DNA of 64,000 bases from Phycisphaerae bacterium (GTDB taxonomy: Bacteria > Planctomycetota > Phycisphaerae > UBA1845 > Fen-1342). The stretch spans positions 1-64,000 of the forward strand of contig CAXXWX010000017.1 of the NCBI GenBank assembly GCA_963675745.2. Direction: 5' to 3'. A model generated the notes under the pieces. It saw only the letters and a program-made list of their open reading frames with translations. It did not search any database and was not told the origin of the DNA. Shown in pieces: positions 18,464 to 25,061 of this stretch; position 1 is the stretch's first letter; each line of letters starts with the position of its first letter. The translations under genes and the position numbers were made by a program.

Positions 18464-19668
18464 GGCTGGGTTTGCTCCCCGGTAGCTTGAGACGTGGCGG
18501 CCGCTTTGCGCGTGTGCTCGGCGGCATCCTTCGCCGCGATAACCAGCGCATGTTCCGCCAGCAACAGCAGGATCAGCGCCGCCACCGACATCAACGCCGT
18601 GGGGCACATCCCCACCATCGCAAACGACAGGCCCACGAATACGCCGCGCGGCGGCGTGGGGCGGCGGGCAGTGGTTGGGGCGGTTGTTGGGCTGGTGGTT
18701 GTCGCCGTGGTTGGCTGCGTGGACGTTGCGGGGGCGCTGGTGGACACGTTGTACGTGACACGGCCGAACGGCGCGCTGGTGCGCACGGTGCCCGCCGAAC
18801 CACCCGATGTGTTTTGTAGCAGGGCTCCGCTGTCCGCCAGCGTCTGCATCCACGGCATGATCTCGGCGAAGACCAGCGCCGTCCCGAGCGTGGTGGGCGG
18901 TAGGGCGATCGCCAGTCCCCAGAACAGAATCCTGGCAAAGCGCACCAACCCGGGCCGCGGAATGCGCGACATCAAACGGCCGACGTAGTACAACAGCGCC
19001 AGCGGCGTGATGATCCCCAGTGTCGCCATGCCGATGATCTGGCACGCCCCGGACAGCCAGATTGAGCCGCCCGTGAGCAGGGTCAGGACCTGATCGGTGT
19101 CGCTTGGGTCAACAGTCGCCACCATGATGAACTGCTGTGTTGTGTCGATGACGGCGGCGGCCGGAATGGCCCAGGCGCAGACGCGCAGCATGGCGCACAC
19201 CCGCTGTTCGCCACGTCGCGCGGGGTGCGGGTTTGGATCGGCCGCCGTCAATTGCAGCAGGCCGATGCACAGCAGGATCGCGGCCGCGAGTTCGGGCAGG
19301 GCGCCGAGCACGGTCGGGATCATGACAGTTTCACGCCCCGGCATGCCCGAGGATGTCGTCATGCTGAGAAGCGCGCCGACGATGGTCGCCAGCAGCGAGC
19401 CGGCGATGAAAACGCCAATCGCTATCAGCACCAGCCGCCCGCCGCGCGCGAGCCGACTGACATAAGCCGGCTGCGCAAAACGCAGGAAGTGTCCGTGCAG
19501 CGAATAGTCCACGGGCGTGCCGCACTCGGGGCAGCGCGCGTCGTGCGCCAGCGTGCGCAGGTTGTACGCGCATTTCGCGCACGGCACGCTGAGCGCAACG
19601 TGCCCATCGGCGTCAAGTTCAGCGGCCCTCGCAATAGCGGCTTGCGGATTATCGGCTTCCGAACTCAT
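18460..19668 (-). CDS. Zn-ribbon multi-TM membrane protein, paralog 2 of 4
   Basis: CAKCAYNLRTL..CPECG, AQPAYVSRLARG, RIPRPGLVRFA, Thr-rich loop. Confidence 0.8.
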   Translation of the reverse strand: MSSEADNPQAAIARAAELDADGHVALSVPCAKCAYNLRTLAHDARCPECGTPVDYSLHGHFLRFAQPAYVSRLARGGRLVLIAIGVFIAGSLLATIVGALLSMTTSSGMPGRETVMIPTVLGALPELAAAILLCIGLLQLTAADPNPHPARRGEQRVCAMLRVCAWAIPAAAVIDTTQQFIMVATVDPSDTDQVLTLLTGGSIWLSGACQIIGMATLGIITPLALLYYVGRLMSRIPRPGLVRFARILFWGLAIALPPTTLGTALVFAEIMPWMQTLADSGALLQNTSGGSAGTVRTSAPFGRVTYNVSTSAPATSTQPTTATTTSPTTAPTTARRPTPPRGVFVGLSFAMVGMCPTALMSVAALILLLLAEHALVIAAKDAAEHTRKAAATSQATGEQTQP

Positions 19669-19737
19669 GACTGCGCAGTGTAGATCACCATGCGTGATTA
19701 GGCGACTGCCCGCAGCGGCAAGCTTCAGTCCGCGCGG

Positions 19738-20619
19738 TCAGGCCCTTGGCGGTTCGTCTTTCGCGCGTTCAGGGCTTGCGTCCTTGAGTGGCGCCGCGCC
19801 TGTGTCCGCGCGAAGAGCCGCTTCGTGTGCGACTCCTGCCAATGTGCGTTGTGTGCGAACCAGGAGGATCACACACGGCGCACTTGCGATGAGAATCGCG
19901 GTATAGGTCAACAATATGCCAATGGTTGGCGGTAGGGTGGAGAGGCCGAAACTCCACACGCTGATCGGCACCGCCGGTGAAAGACACAGCCAGGCGAGGA
20001 GGTACAACAGGACCAGCCGGAGCAGTCGCGCCAAGCGCCGATCGGGAATACGGTTTGCCAGGTCGCGCAGGTACATCAGCGTGGTGAACGGTGTGGCGGC
20101 AAGTGCCAGGAGTATAAATGGTCCCAGGACGATGAGGGAGTCGAGGGTGGGCCCGGAATAGACTATGAGTACGGCCGGCACTGACAAAGCGCACGCCCAC
20201 GCGCAGCACCGCAAACCTGGACGGTGATAACCGAGATGGCTGGCGTCCGCGCCGTCCCGCGGCTCTTGTCGTGAAACCATGAGGAGACCGGCAGAAATCA
20301 TCGCCAGCGATACGGCTACGCAGAGTGGTGCGGCATGTTGTGTAAGTATCGCCGTCGGCCCGATGCAGGCGCTGAACACGAGCCCGCCCAGGACGAGCAT
20401 CAGGCCGTTGGAAACGCCCTGCAGCCACGCGGGGTCTGACAGGCACAACTGCGTTGGGATGAGCGAGCGTGCCACCGGCTCGCCGCACTCGGGACAGCGC
20501 GAGCCCGGCGCGAGTGTGCGCAGGTCGTACTCGCAGCCGACGCACGGCAGGTCGGTGGCCACGCGGCCGTCTTCGTCCAGCGCGGCAGACGCCTTGTCCG
20601 GCTGTGGTCCAACTGTCAT
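19738..20619 (-). CDS. Zn-ribbon multi-TM membrane protein, paralog 1 of 4
   Basis: CVGCEYDLRTL..CPECG, SDPAWLQGVSNG, RIPDRRLARL. Confidence 0.8.
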   Translation of the reverse strand: MTVGPQPDKASAALDEDGRVATDLPCVGCEYDLRTLAPGSRCPECGEPVARSLIPTQLCLSDPAWLQGVSNGLMLVLGGLVFSACIGPTAILTQHAAPLCVAVSLAMISAGLLMVSRQEPRDGADASHLGYHRPGLRCCAWACALSVPAVLIVYSGPTLDSLIVLGPFILLALAATPFTTLMYLRDLANRIPDRRLARLLRLVLLYLLAWLCLSPAVPISVWSFGLSTLPPTIGILLTYTAILIASAPCVILLVRTQRTLAGVAHEAALRADTGAAPLKDASPERAKDEPPRA

Positions 20620-20641
20620 GACGTGCTCACTCCGGCGCGGC

Positions 20642-20723
20642 GAACGCGGAATGTGGAATGATAAGTGCAGAAACCCGCGACGGGCTCGCGGTTTCTGCCC
20701 ACTTCATTCACACATCATCATCC
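20642..20723. repeat. Degenerate inverted heptamer-repeat element (third copy)
   Basis: GAACGCG GAATGTG GAATGAT AAGTGCA GAAACC..GGTTTCTGC..CATTCACACATCATCATCC. Confidence 0.6.
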
Positions 20724-20736
20724 TACCACACAAGCA

Positions 20737-20766
20737 ACACGCCCGACGGTTTTCCGCCGGGCGTGT
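20737..20766 (-). terminator. Putative intrinsic terminator hairpin
   Basis: ACACGCCCG..CGGGCGTGT stem about 35 nt after the stop at 20802; weak U tail. Confidence 0.5.
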
Positions 20767-20801
20767 GCAAGATGCTTAGTTGGTGTTTTACTCTGAGATC
20801 A

Positions 20802-23255
20802 TCACGGTGAAAGCAGGGCGACGAACGGATCGATGTCTCCGTTGTTCACCAGACCATCGCCATTGATATCATTGGCGCAGAGGTAGTCGCAGGTTGACGT
20901 GGGCAACGCTTCCCAGGCCGCCTGGCTGCCGACCGCCACGACAAACGGATCGATATCGCCGTTGTTGATCAGTCCATCACAATTGGAATCGCCCGGGTCG
21001 AGGCACGGCTTGCCGGCCAGTGATTCACGCCAGCAAGTGACTGCGTCGATGTCATCGCCAAGCGACGGGCTCATCTCGAAGAAGTAGCCGGTAAGCACTG
21101 AACCGAAGAGCATGTCAGCGGGCAGTCCGCCCGATTCGTCGACGCCGACCGTGAGCGGATCATCTTCGTCGACGCTGAACAGCACGCCGAAGTAGACCAT
21201 GCCGGACTGCGGATCGGGCAACCAGGCAAACTCGAACGCGTCGATGTCGGTATCTTCGCTCAAGCCGAGGTGGATCTCATCGACCACCTGGACCGGGACG
21301 CCTGCGCCGGTGACCAGGTAGATTCCACCCGGATCAAGACCCAGAAAGGCCTCGTGGTCCGGACTGAAGTACCAGAACGGGCAGGCTCCGGCGCTGTCGA
21401 CAATGTCGAGCGAATCGACGTCATTGTCATTGATCTCATCGCCTGTGTCGGGGTTCGGCATCAGGCTCTGATGCACCGTGATCTCGTCGGCGAACGGCGT
21501 GACCGTGGTTATGGGGAACGGCGGCAGCATGACTGGCGCCAGATCCACCGCAATTGTCTCGTCGCGTCCCAGCGTTGAACCGTAGCTGCTCACGCCGGCC
21601 GGTGACGGGACACCAACCGGCACATCCCCGACGACGTAGCCGGGCGACCTGTCATCGTCGAACGAGATCATCAGGTAGTAAGGGTCATACACGCACATGG
21701 AGGCGAACGGCGGAATCGGCTCAATCAGCGGCTCCTCCGGCGGGATCATCCCGACCAGCTCGATATCGATCTGATCGTGGCCGTCGAGGTCGAACCACTC
21801 GGCGTAGTCCTGGACTGTTCCGAATCCCACCGGGGCCGCCGTGGCGTACGTTGCATCGGGTGGCGTTGGCCACGGATCGGTACCGAAGATCACTGCGTCG
21901 TTTTTGAAGCCGTCACGGCCGGGGAACATTACCGGGGCACCTTGCCACCAGTACACGTCGCCCGGGTCGAAACCCTCGTCGCCGTCGCGCTGCGGATCGC
22001 TGAGTTCGGTGTCCGATCCGATGTCGAGAGAGAACTCGATGAGATAATCGCCCGGCTCGGGGCAGACCACATCGTCGCACGTCGGGACGCCCATCGGTTG
22101 CCCACCCTGATCTACGCAATCAGCCGCCGGCAACACCACGCAGGTGCCGTCGGGCAGGCAGCAGGCCTCGTCGTTCTGCGGGCACTGAACGGTGGCACAG
22201 GTTGTGCCCATGCCCATCGGGAAGCCGCCAAAGGCGGCACAGTCGCGTGGAGCCAGATCCTGGCAGGTTCCATCAGTGAAGCAGCAGGCCTCGGCATCTT
22301 GTGCGCCGTGGATATCCCACTGCCACAGGCCGCCATTGGCCTCGGGTTGCCCCATGTTGTTAATGAACGTGCGCTTGCTGCGCACCAGGAGCAACTCGCC
22401 ACCGCCGATGAAGACCGGGCTGCTCATCGGCGCAAAGCTGCCGCTGCCACTGCCGGCAAAGTCGTTTAGATAAACATCGAAGAAACTGCCGGCGGGCATA
22501 TCGACCGGGTTGAGTGGGTCGATCTCATTGCCGGCCCCGTCGCCGACGGGCACCCAAGGCCAGAAGTCCTGCGCACCGCCCCACGACAGCTCGTCAAACC
22601 AGTTCGGCGGCAACATTGACGGGTCGATCGCCAGCACGTCCAACTCGAGAATCTGCACGTCGATGGGAAACGGCCCGGGCCCCGGGCCGATGGGCGGCGG
22701 GAGCACGATGGGGGCGATGAACTCGGCGCCCAGCCGCAGAACCTGTCCATCGGCAACCGGCGTCACGTCGAAGCCGTTCACCGGTGTCAGGCCGCCATTG
22801 GCCAATCCACCGATGACATCGCCGATTTGCTGGCCGTCACGTGTCCACCAACCCTGAAGGTCGATGATAGTGTTGTCGTCAGCCACGTAGAACAGCAGCC
22901 CCAGGTGCATCACCTCGCAGTAGGGGATGCCGGGCTGGCCGTAGTCCATCCACCAGTCGGCGGTGAACCAGTACCAGCAGTCGCCGGGATCGCCGGGGTT
23001 CAGTTTGGTGAAAGAGTGTGTGAAGTAGGGGAAGGGCCCGAGCAAGCTGTTGTCGAGCACAGGCGGTGTGCCGCCCGACGTGCAGATCAGTCCTTCGATG
23101 TGAAAGTCGTTCGGCAGCAACATGGGGTCGAGCACGTTGATGTCCTGGTGGACATCGATCGTGACGCCGGCCCAGATATCATAATACGCCGAAGCTGAGC
23201 CGATGAATGTGAGTGCGACGAGTGTTGCGATTACCTGGTGCCAATTGCGGAGCAT
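20802..23255 (-). CDS. Secreted acidic protein with ACC-type Cys-rich repeats, GL..DIDA..FS repeats and a dockerin-like tag
   Basis: Signal peptide (ASA-Y); two ACCxxDGTC..C..GG.PMG..TC..V.CP repeats; GDSNCDGLINNGDIDPFV / DINGDGLVNNGDIDPFV; SD GGAGG. Confidence 0.8.
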   Translation of the reverse strand: MLRNWHQVIATLVALTFIGSASAYYDIWAGVTIDVHQDINVLDPMLLPNDFHIEGLICTSGGTPPVLDNSLLGPFPYFTHSFTKLNPGDPGDCWYWFTADWWMDYGQPGIPYCEVMHLGLLFYVADDNTIIDLQGWWTRDGQQIGDVIGGLANGGLTPVNGFDVTPVADGQVLRLGAEFIAPIVLPPPIGPGPGPFPIDVQILELDVLAIDPSMLPPNWFDELSWGGAQDFWPWVPVGDGAGNEIDPLNPVDMPAGSFFDVYLNDFAGSGSGSFAPMSSPVFIGGGELLLVRSKRTFINNMGQPEANGGLWQWDIHGAQDAEACCFTDGTCQDLAPRDCAAFGGFPMGMGTTCATVQCPQNDEACCLPDGTCVVLPAADCVDQGGQPMGVPTCDDVVCPEPGDYLIEFSLDIGSDTELSDPQRDGDEGFDPGDVYWWQGAPVMFPGRDGFKNDAVIFGTDPWPTPPDATYATAAPVGFGTVQDYAEWFDLDGHDQIDIELVGMIPPEEPLIEPIPPFASMCVYDPYYLMISFDDDRSPGYVVGDVPVGVPSPAGVSSYGSTLGRDETIAVDLAPVMLPPFPITTVTPFADEITVHQSLMPNPDTGDEINDNDVDSLDIVDSAGACPFWYFSPDHEAFLGLDPGGIYLVTGAGVPVQVVDEIHLGLSEDTDIDAFEFAWLPDPQSGMVYFGVLFSVDEDDPLTVGVDESGGLPADMLFGSVLTGYFFEMSPSLGDDIDAVTCWRESLAGKPCLDPGDSNCDGLINNGDIDPFVVAVGSQAAWEALPTSTCDYLCANDINGDGLVNNGDIDPFVALLSP

Positions 23256-23335
23256 TGAACAAATCCTCCCGATGTAAAGTTGCGGATGCCTGTAAGTATG
23301 CGGGTCTCACACATGTGCCTGGTCGGGACACAGGT

Positions 23336-23350
23336 TCAGGGATCATTCAT
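23336..23350 (-). other. Four-codon upstream ORF (MNDP) with perfect SD
   Basis: AGGAGGT (23356-23362, minus strand), 5-nt spacer, ATG AAT GAT CCC TGA; 80 nt upstream of the next start. Confidence 0.45.
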
Positions 23351-23470
23351 GGCGCACCTCCTAACGCTACGCTTCCTAGCGCACCCGGACCCGTTGTGAA
23401 TTGGGTTCTCCCCTGTCGTCGATGTGTCGCGAAGGCCTCTTTCCCCGCGACACATCCCCTCAGCCACCAA

Positions 23471-23501
23471 TGATAGAGGCCGCGGCACCGTTTTTGACAC
23501 G
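23471..23501 (-). promoter_or_regulatory. Putative ECF promoter, copy 1
   Basis: CGTGTCAAAAACGgtgccgcggcCTCTATCA; matches the two other 31-bp copies. Confidence 0.65.
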
Positions 23502-23756
23502 TCTGATCGGTTTTGCGTCACAAGCGTGTCTGCGTCTGTCGGCGGCGGCGGTGCGCGCACAAAAGCGGCCCGGCAGTCAGGACCTGGCGGGTGCCGGGGA
23601 AGTCGCCAGGCATCACTCTGACCGCCGAACCGCCAAGCTCGGCCATCCGACCGTCACGTTGATGGTCGAATCCATGCGCGCGTCAAAGGCGCGCTTGCGA
23701 ATACCTCGATACGCCCCGCTTGCGCGGTGTATGTGCCCGGCGTCCGGTAACGGCGG

Positions 23757-23907
23757 GCGGCAACACAGCGGCCGCGGGCGGCAACGTAGCGGCCGCGCGT
23801 GGCAACGTAGCGACCGCGGACGGAAACGTAGCGGCCGGCGCCTCGCCGGCCGTCGACGCCCAAACGCGCTTCCTCGCGCCGTCGGCCTGCGAAGCGCAGG
23901 CCGTTAC
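23757..23907. repeat. Four 21-bp tandem repeats merging into a GTAG-REP pair
   Basis: GCGGCAACGTAGCGGCCGCGS x4, then GTAGCGGCCGGCGCCTCGCCGGCCGT ... CGGCCTGCGAAGCGCAGGCCGTTAC. Confidence 0.8.
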
Positions 23908-23958
23908 ACGCTGAACACGTACTTCGCGGGGCGTGTTTGATCGTCATCTCGTGGAAAC

Positions 23959-23989
23959 TGATAGACACGCCGTTTGCGTTTCTGACACG
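23959..23989 (-). promoter_or_regulatory. Putative ECF promoter, copy 2
   Basis: CGTGTCAGAAACGcaaacggcgtGTCTATCA. Confidence 0.6.
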
Positions 23990-24108
23990 CGCGGCGAGGT
24001 TGGTGAATACTGAGTTTGTGCGTGGTTGACGCCCGGCAGTGGATGGGATCTAGGTACGGCGGAAATCGACGCGCGGCTTGTGACCCGGGCTTCGATCCGC
24101 GACAATGA

Positions 24109-24711
24109 ATGTCGATGGCCGATCCTGATACAACGCGAATGACGTTTCTGCTGCGGCTGCGTGACCGGTCCGATAGTCTCACGTGGGATGAGTTTCACGA
24201 GCGGTATGGGACACTGCTCTACCGTTTCGCCCGATCTCGCGGGGCCAATGACGCCGACGCCGAGGATGTGGTCCAGGAAATCGAGATGTACCTGTTCAAG
24301 GCGCTCGACGGCTTCACGTACGACGCAACCAAGGGCCGCTTCAGGACTTACCTGCGCTCGGCGGTAATTCACGCCATGGGTCGCCGAGCCAGCAAGCAGC
24401 AGCGTCAGCCGGCGGCGCTCGATCCCCAGGCCTTCGACTACATCACCAGTCAGCAAGAAGCCAGCATGGACGCGCGCTGGGAGCGTGAGTGGCAACTGCA
24501 CCGGCTCCGCTGGGCGATGCGCGCCATAGCGGACGAATTTGAGCCCCACACACTCCGGGCGTTCGAGATGCACGTGCTCGGCGGGTCGAGCGTCGAGGAG
24601 ACTGCTGAGAAGCTCAATCTCAGCAAGGGCAGCGTTTACCAGGCGAAAAGCCGCATCCTCAAGTGTCTGAAGGAGCAACTCGCCACGCTCGATCCGGATG
24701 GTGATGTCTAA
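24109..24711 (+). CDS. ECF sigma-70 factor (planctomycete, Ser/Thr-kinase-associated type)
   Basis: TTRMTFLLRLRD..WDEFHERY, DAEDVVQE, KGRFRTYL, region 4 SVYQAKSRI; followed by a kinase gene. Confidence 0.9.
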   Translation: MSMADPDTTRMTFLLRLRDRSDSLTWDEFHERYGTLLYRFARSRGANDADAEDVVQEIEMYLFKALDGFTYDATKGRFRTYLRSAVIHAMGRRASKQQRQPAALDPQAFDYITSQQEASMDARWEREWQLHRLRWAMRAIADEFEPHTLRAFEMHVLGGSSVEETAEKLNLSKGSVYQAKSRILKCLKEQLATLDPDGDV

Positions 24712-24728
24712 AACGCTTTGGTGCTAAG

Positions 24729-24955
24729 CGTGGCGGCCGATCCCCGAGTCGGCCGTGCTCCTGATTGCGGACAGGCTAGAGAAGAACGTCCGACTCGGGG
24801 GTCGGACGATACGGGCTTGATCCGGACGGTGATGGATAAGGGCGATTAAGATCAACCGCATCGTTGGGCCTCCGTGCCCGACGACGGTCACCGCCGACCG
24901 TCGATGCACTAGCGCGCTTCCTCGCGCCGGCGGCCTGCGAGGCGCAGGCCGTTAC
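24729..24955. repeat. REP-like palindromes between the ECF and kinase genes
   Basis: GCGGCCGATCCCCGAGTCGGCCGT / CGTCCGACTCGGGGGTCGGACG pair and CGGCCTGCGAGGCGCAGGCCGTTAC; the same families occur at 23.9, 33.1, 41.9 and 50.5 kb. Confidence 0.7.
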
Positions 24956-25007
24956 GGGGTGAATAAGTGCGGGCGGCCGAATGGCGTACGTGGCTCCGCT
25001 CCGTGCC

Positions 25008-25038
25008 CGTGTCAAATGCGCGTGGGTGGTGTCTATCA
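25008..25038 (+). promoter_or_regulatory. Putative ECF promoter, copy 3 (upstream of the kinase)
   Basis: CGTGTCAAATGCGcgtgggtggtGTCTATCA, about 25 nt before the kinase ORF. Confidence 0.65.
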
Positions 25039-25061
25039 TCAAAGGGCGGTGAGTCCAACCA

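Noticed and set aside
17279..19045. 588-aa ORF as given in the track
   Set aside because: Its 5' third overlaps the upstream paralog in another frame; the paralog alignment puts the start at 18463.
23757..23840. Possible CRISPR array (also 33120-33270, 29431-29589, 50471-50748)
   Set aside because: The repeats are contiguous or have near-identical spacers, are REP-derived, and no cas genes are present.
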